A stretch of 64,000 nt of DNA, from contig OZ218778.1 of assembly GCA_965112635.1 (NCBI GenBank), positions 992,001-1,056,000 of the forward strand, read 5' to 3'. A program made the translations under genes and the position numbers. The stretch is from an uncultured bacterium. Lineage in GTDB: Bacteria > Oederibacteriota > Oederibacteriia > Oederibacteriales > Oederibacteriaceae. A model generated the notes under the pieces. The model searched no databases, was not told where the DNA came from, and saw only the letters and a list, made by a program, of their open reading frames with translations. Below are positions 39,059 to 48,597 of the stretch, piece by piece. Positions within the stretch are counted from its first letter, which is position 1; the number at the start of each line of letters is the position of its first letter.

Positions 39059-40093
39059 ATGAGCAGTCGTGTTACTTTTCCAACAGAAGCAGAGGTACAA
39101 ACTGAGGCGGATAAGCTTTTTAATGTTTTCAAGGGTAAAGTGCCGGAAATTACCCGGGAAGCCTGCCTGGTTTACGCGCCCCTCATAGCCCAGATCAAAC
39201 AGTTAAAGATAGAAAAAAAGGCCACTATCCTGGCCCATACCTACGTGCAGCTGCCGGTCCTTTACGGCGTGGCGGATTTTGTGGGCGACTCCCTGTTCCT
39301 CAGCAAAAAAGCCATGGAAACAACGGCGGATGTGATCGTGTTCGCGGGGGTGCGCTTCATGGCCGAGACAGCCAAAATACTCAACCCCACCAAGACCGTG
39401 CTTTTACCGGCCCCGGACGCGGGATGCTCCCTGGCGGACGGCGTCACGGCCGAGGATGTCAGGAACCTGAAAAAAGCGCATCCCGGAGCCTGGGTCGTCT
39501 GCTATGTCAACACGCCCGCGGAGGTGAAAGCCGAAGCTGATGTGTGCTGTACCTCAGCCAATGCCCTGGAGATCGTCAATGCCGTGCCGACCCAGGAAGT
39601 GATCTTTGTGCCGGACCGGATGATGGCGGAAAATCTCGGGCCGTTGACCAAAAAGACCATCCATAGATGGAAAGCCACCTGCGAGGTGCATGAGAAATTT
39701 TCGGTCGCGCATATCCGGGGAGTGAGAGAGAACTATCCCGGTATCCGCATCCTGGTGCATCCGGAAAGCCCCAAGGAGGTCGTGGACAAGGCGGATTTTG
39801 TCGGAAGCACCGAGGGTATGATGACCTACACCAAGAACTCCAAGGACAAAAAGTTCATGTACGTGACCGAATGCGGGTTGATGGAAAGAGCCAGAGTGGA
39901 GTTCCCGGACAAGGAATTTTTCGGGACCTGCCTGTTGTGCCCCCACATGCAAAAGAACACCCTGCAGTCCATCCTGGACGTGATGACCAGCCCCCGGAAA
40001 GAACAGGTCGTGGAAGTCCCCGAAGGGGTCCGTGTTAAGGCTAAAGTCGCCGTAGACAAAATGTTCGAGTTGATGGCAAAAGCAAAGAAGTAA
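39059..40093 (+). CDS. nadA: Quinolinate synthase
   Basis: ILAH.Y, ADFVGDSL, GVRFMAETAKILNP, CSLA, YVNT and HPE; three Fe-S cysteines. Confidence 0.95.
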   Translation: MSSRVTFPTEAEVQTEADKLFNVFKGKVPEITREACLVYAPLIAQIKQLKIEKKATILAHTYVQLPVLYGVADFVGDSLFLSKKAMETTADVIVFAGVRFMAETAKILNPTKTVLLPAPDAGCSLADGVTAEDVRNLKKAHPGAWVVCYVNTPAEVKAEADVCCTSANALEIVNAVPTQEVIFVPDRMMAENLGPLTKKTIHRWKATCEVHEKFSVAHIRGVRENYPGIRILVHPESPKEVVDKADFVGSTEGMMTYTKNSKDKKFMYVTECGLMERARVEFPDKEFFGTCLLCPHMQKNTLQSILDVMTSPRKEQVVEVPEGVRVKAKVAVDKMFELMAKAKK

Positions 40094-40121
40094 TTTCCCA
40101 GTCCTGAGGCGGAGGGAACCC

Positions 40122-41501
40122 TTGGCTTTGGAAGTCGCGGTCGGCCAGCGAGAAACGATCAAGCTGGAAAATTTCGCCCAGGGCGGCGAGACCGTCGGCC
40201 ACCTCCAAGGACAGGCCGTTTTCATCCCCCACGGCATCCCCGGCGAGACCGTGGAGGCCGAGATCACCGAAGTCAAAAAGAACTACGCCCGCGCCAGGAT
40301 CGCCAAAGTCCTGGAACCTTCTCCTGCCCGGATAGACCCTCCCTGCAAATATTTTTACCAGTGCGGCGGATGCCAATGGCAGTTTTTGGAGTACAAGGAG
40401 CAGCTGCGGGCCAAGCAGAGGATCGTTGCCGATACCCTGGCCCATCTGGGCGGGCTTTCCCATATCCAGGTCAAAGAGACCATCCCTTCCAGCCTGACCT
40501 ACGGCTACCGCAACAAAGTGCAGCAGCCCGTGGGGGAGCAGGGAGGCAAGCTGGTGACGGGATTTTTCGCCCCGGGCTCCCATCATCTCGTGGCCGTGGA
40601 AGAGTGCCTGGTCGAGCCGGAGATCTCCAACAAGATCATGGCCGCGATAAGGGGCATTTTGCCCAAGTACCGAATCACTCCCTACCAGGAAAGCCGTCAT
40701 GAGGGGATCTTGCGGCACATCATCGTCAGGACCGGGTTCCATACCAAGGAGAACATGGTCATCCTGGTCACCAACTCCCGCGATTTTCCCCAGAGCCAGC
40801 AGCTGGCCCGGGACATCCTGTACCACTGCCCATCGGTCGTTTCCATCCTGCACAATATCAACATGGAAAAGACCAATGTCATCCTAGGCAAAGAGACCAA
40901 GGTTCTGGAAGGCCGTCCGTTCCTGTATGAGACCGTGGAAAACCTTAAATTCAAGATATCCGGGGAGTCGTTCTTCCAGGTCAACACGGACCAGGCCTGG
41001 CAGATCTGCCGTGTCGCGGCCGCTTACGCGGACCTCAAGGGGCTGGAGACCGTGGTGGACGCTTACTGCGGCACGGGGATGATCGGGCTTTACCTGGCGA
41101 GGAAGGCCCAGCGGGTTTTCGGCCTGGAGTCCGTGGCCCAGTCCGTGGGAGACGCCCAGACCAACAGCCAGCTCAACAAGGTCCGCAACGTGAAATTCGT
41201 CTGCGTGGACACGGCCGTGGGGTTGCAGCAGATGAAAAAGGAGAACGTCAACCCCCAGGTCGTGGTCCTGGACCCGCCCCGGCAGGGGTGCGATGAAAAA
41301 GTTCTAGCCGACCTGGTGGCCCTGGGCCCGAAGAGCGTGGTCTATGTTTCCTGCGACCCGGCCACCCTGGCCCGCGACCTGGCCTATCTGCACCGTTACG
41401 GCTACGTGGCGGCCGAGGTGCAGCCCATCGACCTTTTTCCCCAGACCGCCCATATTGAGTGCGTGGTCAAAGTGGAACAGAAACAGATGGGGCTGATCTG
41501 A
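40122..41501 (+). CDS. rlmD: 23S rRNA (uracil-5)-methyltransferase RlmD/RumA
   Basis: TRAM domain, CGGC, SFFQVN, DAYCG.G, LDPPR.G, YVSC.PATLARD and FPQT.HIE. Confidence 0.93.
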   Translation: MALEVAVGQRETIKLENFAQGGETVGHLQGQAVFIPHGIPGETVEAEITEVKKNYARARIAKVLEPSPARIDPPCKYFYQCGGCQWQFLEYKEQLRAKQRIVADTLAHLGGLSHIQVKETIPSSLTYGYRNKVQQPVGEQGGKLVTGFFAPGSHHLVAVEECLVEPEISNKIMAAIRGILPKYRITPYQESRHEGILRHIIVRTGFHTKENMVILVTNSRDFPQSQQLARDILYHCPSVVSILHNINMEKTNVILGKETKVLEGRPFLYETVENLKFKISGESFFQVNTDQAWQICRVAAAYADLKGLETVVDAYCGTGMIGLYLARKAQRVFGLESVAQSVGDAQTNSQLNKVRNVKFVCVDTAVGLQQMKKENVNPQVVVLDPPRQGCDEKVLADLVALGPKSVVYVSCDPATLARDLAYLHRYGYVAAEVQPIDLFPQTAHIECVVKVEQKQMGLI

Positions 41502-41551
41502 CGAACCCTGCGTAGAAAGGAAACGCGGCTTTTTGGGCCGCGAAAGGACGG

Positions 41552-43378
41552 ATGTTTCGGCGCTTAGTCGTATTCACGGCTTTTGTCCTGATCGCCTGCC
41601 TGCTGAGTTTCCCGGTGGCCACCGGAGACACCTGGTGGCAGCTGGAGTGCGGCAAGACCCTGGTGAATCTCAAGCACTTTCCGGACCATGAGATCTATTC
41701 CTACGCGGCCGCCTCCTGTCCCTATGCCAAGCACGAATGGTTTTTTGAGGTCCTGCTCTACGGCCTTTACCAGGCGGGCGGTTTCATTGCTCTCAACCTG
41801 TTAAAGATCGCCGCGGGCCTGCTGACCTGGTGGGTTGTCTACCGAACCTGCCTTTTTTTGAAAGCTTCCTGGATGCCGTCCCTTCTCGCCTGTTTGCTGG
41901 GAGCCGTGGTCAGCCGGTTCTACTGGTTTGAACGGCCCCAGGTCATGACCTATTTGTTTTTCTCCCTTTTCCTTTATTTATTGTGGAGAAAGCAAAAGGG
42001 AAAAGCAGTCCACTGGCTGCTCCTGCCAATCCTGAGCGTCATCTGGGTCAATTTTCATCACGCCAGCGTCATCGGCTTGTTTGTCATCGGGTTGTTCCTG
42101 CTGACCAATTTGTGGGATTGGCTCATGGAAAAAGGCGTCCCCAAAAAAAAAGCGAAGACCAGAGCCGCGTGGTTGGGCTGGACTTTGTTCGGCTGCGGGC
42201 TGGCCATGATGGTCTATCCGCACGGTTTCTGGATCTATTGGATGCCCTGGGAGGCCATGCATAACCAGTATGTCCAGCAAACGATCAACGAGTATTTCCC
42301 GGCTTCCTTTTCTTTTACTTCTTTTATCGCGCTCCTGATCCTGGGCTGGCTCCTGGCCCTGGCTGTGTTCAAAAAGACCGACAAGACAGAATGGCTCCTG
42401 CTGGCCTGCTTCACCCTCCTTTCCATCCGTCTGAGACGCAATATCCCGCTGACCGCCATTGTGCTGGCGCCCTTGCTGGCCCGGTGGTGCGGGCTGCTGC
42501 TGCAGGAACTGAAAAAAAGATCTTTCTGGCACAGGGCGGGCCAATGGTTCTCGACCGGGGCGCTGGTCTGCATGGTGGGTGGCATCGGTTATGTCACGGC
42601 CAGGGAAGGGCATTTCGGGTTTGGGGTAGTGCCGCATATTTTCCCGGAGCAGGCCGTTGATTTTTTGGAGCAAGTCCAGCCCGAGACGGAGCTCTTTTGC
42701 GACATGAACTGGGCGGGTTACGCGCTGTGGCGCCTTTACCCGGCCTACCGGGTCTTTACCATGGGCAGGATCATGATGTATCCCTACCCTAAAAGCGTGC
42801 TCAGGGAGTACCTGGCTTTTGTGACCGGGCCGGAACAGGAATACCGCGAGTTGGAAAAAAGGTACAATATCCGCTCAGCCCTCGTGCCCTACGGCGACAC
42901 GCTCCTCCTGCAGAGGCTGGAGAACAGGCCGGACTGGCAGCTGGCCTATATCGATGAAACCGACCTGGTTTACCTGGCCAAAACAGGAAAAAACAGGGAG
43001 ATCCTGAAAAAATGCGGATACCGCGCCCTGCATCCCGGCCGGTTCCCTTTTTACGACCAGGCCCGGTCCAAGGAGGCTTATCAGGAGATCTTGAGGGCCA
43101 TTGACCTGAGGCCGGACGCCCCCCGCCTGCATTACTACCTGAGCGTGTGGTATTATGACCATCATCAAGACGAGCAGGCCATGGGGGAGTTCCAAAAGAC
43201 CTTGAACCTCAACCCCGGCATCGCAGGGGCGTATAAATATTTGGGTTCCATTTATTTCCGTCATCACCAGCCGGAACAAGCCCGCCAAGCCTGGGAAAAG
43301 GCGTTGGAGCTTGGTCCTGACCCGGAGATCCAGAAAGCATTGGCGGCCTTGAGCTCCCAGGACAAAGCTCCCAAGTAG
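41552..43378 (+). CDS. Polytopic membrane protein (GT-C-like) with C-terminal TPRs
   Basis: D.WW.L..G, HEW..E, RPQ and W.N.H motifs; TPR repeats. Confidence 0.7.
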   Translation: MFRRLVVFTAFVLIACLLSFPVATGDTWWQLECGKTLVNLKHFPDHEIYSYAAASCPYAKHEWFFEVLLYGLYQAGGFIALNLLKIAAGLLTWWVVYRTCLFLKASWMPSLLACLLGAVVSRFYWFERPQVMTYLFFSLFLYLLWRKQKGKAVHWLLLPILSVIWVNFHHASVIGLFVIGLFLLTNLWDWLMEKGVPKKKAKTRAAWLGWTLFGCGLAMMVYPHGFWIYWMPWEAMHNQYVQQTINEYFPASFSFTSFIALLILGWLLALAVFKKTDKTEWLLLACFTLLSIRLRRNIPLTAIVLAPLLARWCGLLLQELKKRSFWHRAGQWFSTGALVCMVGGIGYVTAREGHFGFGVVPHIFPEQAVDFLEQVQPETELFCDMNWAGYALWRLYPAYRVFTMGRIMMYPYPKSVLREYLAFVTGPEQEYRELEKRYNIRSALVPYGDTLLLQRLENRPDWQLAYIDETDLVYLAKTGKNREILKKCGYRALHPGRFPFYDQARSKEAYQEILRAIDLRPDAPRLHYYLSVWYYDHHQDEQAMGEFQKTLNLNPGIAGAYKYLGSIYFRHHQPEQARQAWEKALELGPDPEIQKALAALSSQDKAPK

Positions 43379-43402
43379 AGCAAAGGATTTGAAGGAGGGT
43401 TT

Positions 43403-45733
43403 ATGTCAAAGAATTGGTTAAGGATCCTGGTATTGAGCGGGATATTATTTTGTTCCAGCGGAGGGATCATGACGGCCAAGGAGGCACCTTTGCAGCGGAA
43501 AGAGGCGATGGTCCAGATAGAAAACAAAGTGGCCCGGCTTTCCATCGGAAAAGACACGGGGTGGATACGGTCGATCGTTTGGAAGGACAAGAACATAGAC
43601 CTGTGCAAACAGGTCTGGGAGCAGATCAAGGGATATATCGGCTGGCTGAGGGTCTATGACGAGCGGGAAAGAAAATGGTTCAACGATTACGACCAGAATT
43701 TCACGGTGAGCGATTTCAAACAGGACGGCAACCAGGTATCTTTCAATAAGCATTTTACAGGCGCGGCCTTTAACCTCAGGGCGACCCTGACTATGGAAGA
43801 CGACTCCCTCAACTGGGAAGTTGTTATGGAAAAGAAAAGCAAGGAGACTCTGGACCGCGGCATCCGGGTGAGTTTTGTCCTGCCTTTGATCGGCTCCTGG
43901 AAGGTCTGGGCGCCGGCCTCGGAAGCGCAGTTCGAATACGACCGGATGACCTCCTTTGAGTATTTTTACTGCCAGCTCCCGGATTACGGCAAGAACGAGG
44001 TCGCTGTCCCCATCCTTTCCAATTATTCCCCCAAAAAGGACGTGGGGTATTCCGTGATCGTGCCCTTTGACCAAAAGATCCCGGCCACCAAATTCCTTTT
44101 CCAGAACGGGGACCGGTGCTTCATGGACGGGAACGACCGTCCCATCGAGGATTATCCCGTGCTGGAGGTCATTAACTACTACATCGGGCTCATCCAGGAC
44201 AGGAAGCTGACCACCAGTTGCCGGGTGTTTTTCCACGAGGGCGACTGGAGGCCCGGGCTGGGGATGGCCTATAACCGGTACAAGGAATATTTCGTGCCCA
44301 AAGACGATATCTTGTGGGACAAACAAGGCGTGTTTAAATGCGGTATTTTCGAGGATGCGGACCAGCTGGACAAGCTGAAGAAGGTGCAGCTCAAATATTT
44401 CGAGCTTCACGGCAGTTTTTTCTGCTACGGCGAGTATTTTCCTCCCCAGGAGAGCTGGAGAAGGTTCTGGGTGGCGGAGACCATCGATGGCGCGCATAAC
44501 GGCCAGATGCCCATCGACGAGGTGTGGGAACAATCGCAGACCCTGTCTGATGCGGAGCTCCTCAAGCAGTACGGTATCGGAATCCCCAACAACTCCAGAC
44601 AGACCATTCACGACAGCCTCAAGAAGTTCAACAATGCGGACGTTAATGCTTACTATTATTTCAACTACAACGACGGGTTCTGGACCTGGGCCAAAAAGAA
44701 TTACGAGAGCTGTATGTCCAAAATGGAGGACGGCAATTATTACCGGCACGGCGAATGGGGTGTGATGAACGCGGACCTCAAATATCCCTTTGGCCAGCAC
44801 CTGCTCAAGGAAGCCGGGCAGATCCTAGAGGAGTACCCGGAGCTGTCCGGGCTTTTCCTCGACGTGTTCCGGCATTTTGAGTTCGATTTCGGCCATGACG
44901 ACGGCGTGACCGTGGCCAACAACAAGCCCATCTACAGCATCAATTTCGCCTACGACGCCTTGACCGAAGAGATCCAAAAACTGCTCCAGAAACAAGGTAA
45001 AAGCGCTTTTGCCAACAAACCCTACACCATCCGTTCCGCGAAGTACGTGGACGGGGTCATGGTCGAGGGCGACGGGGACGCCATGCAGGAAAAGCTTTTC
45101 TACCTCTGCCTCGCCAAGCCGCTTCTGATGCTCTTTTACAACGGCGACGGTTCAGCCACGGAAGAGAATCTGAGGAAGACCGTGGTCTACGGGGCCTACC
45201 CGGGCACCCCGCCGGATGATTTTCTCAGCGACACCGCTCATGGCAAGGAACAGCTGGAGCGCGACACGGCCCTTTACGCCAAGTATGTCCCGCTTTTCCA
45301 GCAGTTCGACCGCAGGGTCTTCTGCTTTGAGCCGGACCCCATGCGCTTGCCCCAAGGCATGACCGGCAAGCTCTATACGGTCAAAGGCGATTACGTGGCC
45401 GGTGTCCGGAGCGAAGGGGTCAGCGACTACGACAAGTACGAGAGCTCCGTGGCGCGATACGTCTATTTCAGGGTCAAACGCGGCTTTGATGTGGGAGAAG
45501 TCACCGTGATGTACCCGGGGGACAAGGAAGGCAGGAGCGTCAAATTCCTTTTCAACGGATCCATCATCGGGGTTCCGCTGGAAGGATACAGGAATTGCGG
45601 AGTCATCCGGCTCAAGGTCACGGGAAACACGGGCAAAGAGATCAAGGCGATGGACTACAGCGAGGTCATCCAGCCCAACTGCGACGCGAGCGTCAACCCT
45701 CCTGTGGACAGCTTTGCAGCGGCGGGGAAATAG
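43403..45733 (+). CDS. Secreted hypothetical protein, glycoside-hydrolase-like TIM barrel
   Basis: Signal peptide; YYFN and GLFLDVF-type barrel motifs; family not recognised. Confidence 0.55.
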   Translation: MSKNWLRILVLSGILFCSSGGIMTAKEAPLQRKEAMVQIENKVARLSIGKDTGWIRSIVWKDKNIDLCKQVWEQIKGYIGWLRVYDERERKWFNDYDQNFTVSDFKQDGNQVSFNKHFTGAAFNLRATLTMEDDSLNWEVVMEKKSKETLDRGIRVSFVLPLIGSWKVWAPASEAQFEYDRMTSFEYFYCQLPDYGKNEVAVPILSNYSPKKDVGYSVIVPFDQKIPATKFLFQNGDRCFMDGNDRPIEDYPVLEVINYYIGLIQDRKLTTSCRVFFHEGDWRPGLGMAYNRYKEYFVPKDDILWDKQGVFKCGIFEDADQLDKLKKVQLKYFELHGSFFCYGEYFPPQESWRRFWVAETIDGAHNGQMPIDEVWEQSQTLSDAELLKQYGIGIPNNSRQTIHDSLKKFNNADVNAYYYFNYNDGFWTWAKKNYESCMSKMEDGNYYRHGEWGVMNADLKYPFGQHLLKEAGQILEEYPELSGLFLDVFRHFEFDFGHDDGVTVANNKPIYSINFAYDALTEEIQKLLQKQGKSAFANKPYTIRSAKYVDGVMVEGDGDAMQEKLFYLCLAKPLLMLFYNGDGSATEENLRKTVVYGAYPGTPPDDFLSDTAHGKEQLERDTALYAKYVPLFQQFDRRVFCFEPDPMRLPQGMTGKLYTVKGDYVAGVRSEGVSDYDKYESSVARYVYFRVKRGFDVGEVTVMYPGDKEGRSVKFLFNGSIIGVPLEGYRNCGVIRLKVTGNTGKEIKAMDYSEVIQPNCDASVNPPVDSFAAAGK

Positions 45734-45736
45734 TCC

Positions 45737-46492
45737 TTACTTTTTGATGACCGGCGAAGCTTCCTGAACGAACGGGTTGAGCCGGACCATCAGGGAAAAA
45801 ATGTAGGGGTAGTTGGTTTTCAGGTGCGCCAGGTGGCCCAGCCATTCGCGGATCAAAATTTTGTAGGCCCGAACCATATCGTTCCTCAGGTGTTTCATGT
45901 CCGGAGAATCCGAAGCTCCAAAATTTTTCCTGACGAATAGCTCCTCGGTCAGATGATTGACGGCCAAAAGCAGGTCCGTAAAGGCCTCGTGCTCCTGCTG
46001 GTTGGGATTTTGGATGAGCCCCAGGATGAACTCCCTTTTAGCCAGCAGCGACTGGCGCAATTTGGCAAGCTGGCGGGAGGAGGGGTTCAGGTCCAGGGCA
46101 GCGGCCTGGGTCGCTTTGAGGGCCAGCCGGTAGTCTTTGGGCGCCCAGTCCTGGTAAACCCGCAAAGACCGGCTCAGGAGCGCTGAATCCGCGCAAAAAC
46201 CATTGAATTCCTTCAAAAGGTCGTCGCCGATTTCACTGAAAAAAGCGCCAATGAGCATGTGAGCTTTTCTGAGCATGGCGAGACGCTCGCGGTCGCTCAA
46301 TAGTTTTTCGATGATCAGGGTGACCAGGAGGACCTGGATGGGGATGAACACGATATTGAGGGCGATATTGAACACAAGGTCCCTGGAATTCTGGAACACC
46401 AGGTAATGAATGAAACCAAGCGCCAAGGACAGGCCGATCAGGATCAGGCCGGCCACGAATTTCCAGGACAGACTCATTTTTCCACCTTTCAC
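45737..46492 (-). CDS. Conserved two-TM hypothetical protein
   Basis: F.PIQVLLVTLII, LIGAFFSE.G, FTDLL.AV.HL.EEL and YPY.FSL..R.NPF. Confidence 0.75.
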   Translation of the reverse strand: MKGGKMSLSWKFVAGLILIGLSLALGFIHYLVFQNSRDLVFNIALNIVFIPIQVLLVTLIIEKLLSDRERLAMLRKAHMLIGAFFSEIGDDLLKEFNGFCADSALLSRSLRVYQDWAPKDYRLALKATQAAALDLNPSSRQLAKLRQSLLAKREFILGLIQNPNQQEHEAFTDLLLAVNHLTEELFVRKNFGASDSPDMKHLRNDMVRAYKILIREWLGHLAHLKTNYPYIFSLMVRLNPFVQEASPVIKK

Positions 46493-46621
46493 GACTCGCT
46501 ATGATTATACCCAAAAATGAAAAATTTTTAGCTGTCTTTGTCCAGGAAGGTCTTTCTTTTCGTCCGCGGCTTGACAGGGGACCGGAGGGGTGTTTTAATA
46601 CCCTCTGGTAACACAGAAAGA

Positions 46622-46700
46622 AAAACAATGAGGTTTTGATAGCGAGACGACGGCGTCTCTGGTGGCTATAGTGCCAACAGAAACGCCGTTCCTGTTTTTA
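46622..46700 (+). ncRNA. ANTAR-type dual-hairpin leader with overlapping terminator (amt1)
   Basis: AAAAC-AATGAG-GTTTT and GAGAC-GACGGC-GTCTC hexaloop hairpins; hairpin 2 overlaps the terminator ACGGCGT...ACGCCGT-T-rich. Confidence 0.75.
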
Positions 46701-46723
46701 AAACAAAACTAGGAGGTTTTGTT

Positions 46724-48055
46724 ATGAGAAACCGCTCCACCATTTTATTTATTTGCCTATCTGTCTTTTTCCTTTGTTTACCTGCCCTGGCTTTGGCTGA
46801 ACAAGCGGCGGCCGCTGCACCCAAAATAGATTCCGGCGATACAGCCTGGGTCTTGCTCTCAGCCGGCTTGGTACTCCTCATGACGCCCGGCTTGGCGTTC
46901 TTTTACGGAGGCCTGGTCCGGCGCAAGAACGTGCTTTCCATCCTGATGCAGTGCTTCATGGCCATCTGCATCGTGACCGTGCAGTGGTTCCTTTTCGGGT
47001 ATTCCCTTGCTTTTGGGCCTGACCAGCACTCTGTGATCGGGGGGCTGGACTGGCTGCTCTTAAAAGGCGTGGGATTGACCCCCAATCCGGACTACGCGGG
47101 GACCATCCCGCACCAGGCATTCATGATCTTCCAGGCCATGTTCGCCATCATCACGCCGGCCCTGGTCCTGGGCGCTTTCGCGGAGAGGATGAAATTCTCG
47201 GCCTACTGCCTTTTCCTGCTGTTATGGTCCACTTTTGTTTACGATCCCGTGTGCCACTGGGTGTGGGGCGCGGGCGGGTTTTTAAAGAGCGCCGGCGTGA
47301 TGGATTTTGCCGGGGGAGCCGTGGTGCACATCAACGCCGGGCTGGCGGCCCTGGCCGCAGCCCTGGTCATGGGCCGCAGGTTGGGGTATCCCTCCAAGAT
47401 CTCGCCGCCGCACAACCTGCCCTTTGCGGTCCTGGGAGCGGGCCTTTTGTGGTTCGGCTGGTTCGGTTTTAACGCCGGGAGCGCCTTGTGTTCCGGTTCC
47501 CTGGCGACCAGCGCCCTGGTTGCGACCCACGCGGCCGGCGCCATAGCCGGGTTGACCTGGGCCATCCTCGACCATTTCTTCACCACCAAGCCGACCGTCC
47601 TGGGGATGATCACGGGAGCGGTGGCGGGTCTGGCGGCCGTGACCCCCGCGGCCGGGTTCGTCACTCCGGCAGGCGCGCTGGTCATCGGCATCGGGGCAAG
47701 CGTCATCTGCTACTTTTTCGTGGCCATCGTCAAGGCCAAGCTCGGTTATGACGATTCCCTGGACGCTTTCGGGGTGCACGGCATCGGCGGGCTGTGGGGC
47801 GTGATCGCCACCGGGTTACTGGCCACCAAGGCGGTCAATCCGGCAGGCGCCGACGGGCTTTTCTACGGCAACCCGGGGCAGTTCCTGGTCCAGGTCAAAG
47901 CCAGTCTTATCGTGGCCCTGTATTCGTTCGTGGTTTCCGTGGCCATTTTCAAGCTCATTGACGTGATGGTCGGTTTGCGGGTCTCTTCGGACGTGGAAAA
48001 GATCGGGCTGGACCTGAGCGAGCACCGCGAGGCCGGTTATACCGTCCTGGAATAA
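46724..48055 (+). CDS. amtB: Ammonium transporter
   Basis: GDTAW, MTPGLAFFYGG, DFAGG.VVH, WFGWFGFNAGS and DDSLDAFGVHG. Confidence 0.96.
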   Translation: MRNRSTILFICLSVFFLCLPALALAEQAAAAAPKIDSGDTAWVLLSAGLVLLMTPGLAFFYGGLVRRKNVLSILMQCFMAICIVTVQWFLFGYSLAFGPDQHSVIGGLDWLLLKGVGLTPNPDYAGTIPHQAFMIFQAMFAIITPALVLGAFAERMKFSAYCLFLLLWSTFVYDPVCHWVWGAGGFLKSAGVMDFAGGAVVHINAGLAALAAALVMGRRLGYPSKISPPHNLPFAVLGAGLLWFGWFGFNAGSALCSGSLATSALVATHAAGAIAGLTWAILDHFFTTKPTVLGMITGAVAGLAAVTPAAGFVTPAGALVIGIGASVICYFFVAIVKAKLGYDDSLDAFGVHGIGGLWGVIATGLLATKAVNPAGADGLFYGNPGQFLVQVKASLIVALYSFVVSVAIFKLIDVMVGLRVSSDVEKIGLDLSEHREAGYTVLE

Positions 48056-48082
48056 TACAAACAAAGAAAGAGGAGGTTTGCT

Positions 48083-48424
48083 ATGAAATATGTTGTGGCG
48101 GTGATCCAGCCGGACAGGCTGGAGGAAGTTCTGGACCGGTTGACCGCAGAGGAGATCCACCTGGTCACAGTCAGCAATGTCATGGGCCGGGGACGGCAAA
48201 AAGGGGTTTCCGAAGTTTATCGGAGCCACCGGGAAGCCGGGAATTTGTTGAAGAAAGTGAAGCTGGAGATCGCGGTCAATGACAAGTTCGTGAAACCGAC
48301 CGTCAAGGCCGTCACCGAGGGCGGCCGCACCGGTAACGTGGGGGACGGCAAGATCTTCATCATGGACCTTGAGGAATGCATCCGTATCCGTACCGGGGAG
48401 ACCGGAGGTGTGGCGATCGGCTGA
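48083..48424 (+). CDS. glnK: P-II nitrogen regulator
   Basis: GRGRQKG, KVKLEIAV, TG.VGDGKIF and IRIRTGE. Confidence 0.93.
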   Translation: MKYVVAVIQPDRLEEVLDRLTAEEIHLVTVSNVMGRGRQKGVSEVYRSHREAGNLLKKVKLEIAVNDKFVKPTVKAVTEGGRTGNVGDGKIFIMDLEECIRIRTGETGGVAIG

Positions 48425-48492
48425 AACGCTATTATTGATAACAGCTTTTAAAGATATCGCGGGCGCGTGGAAGCGCTCCAAAACGTTCTTTT

Positions 48493-48570
48493 AAACAACG
48501 AGGTTTTTGTAGTGGGACAACGGCGTCTCTGGTGGCTATGGGGCCAACAGAAACGCCGTTTTTGTTTTTG
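48493..48570 (+). ncRNA. ANTAR-type dual-hairpin leader with overlapping terminator (amt2)
   Basis: AAAC-AACGAG-GTTT and GGGAC-AACGGC-GTCTC; terminator AACGGCGT...ACGCCGTT-TTTGTTTTT. Confidence 0.78.
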
Positions 48571-48597
48571 AAATTAATAAAATTAGGAGGTTTCGCT

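Noticed and set aside
43445-44800. 451-aa antisense ORF
   Set aside because: Shadow of a GC-rich sense gene; no motifs.
48532-48597. N-terminal extension of amt2
   Set aside because: Lies within the terminator; RBS and paralogy support ATG 48598.
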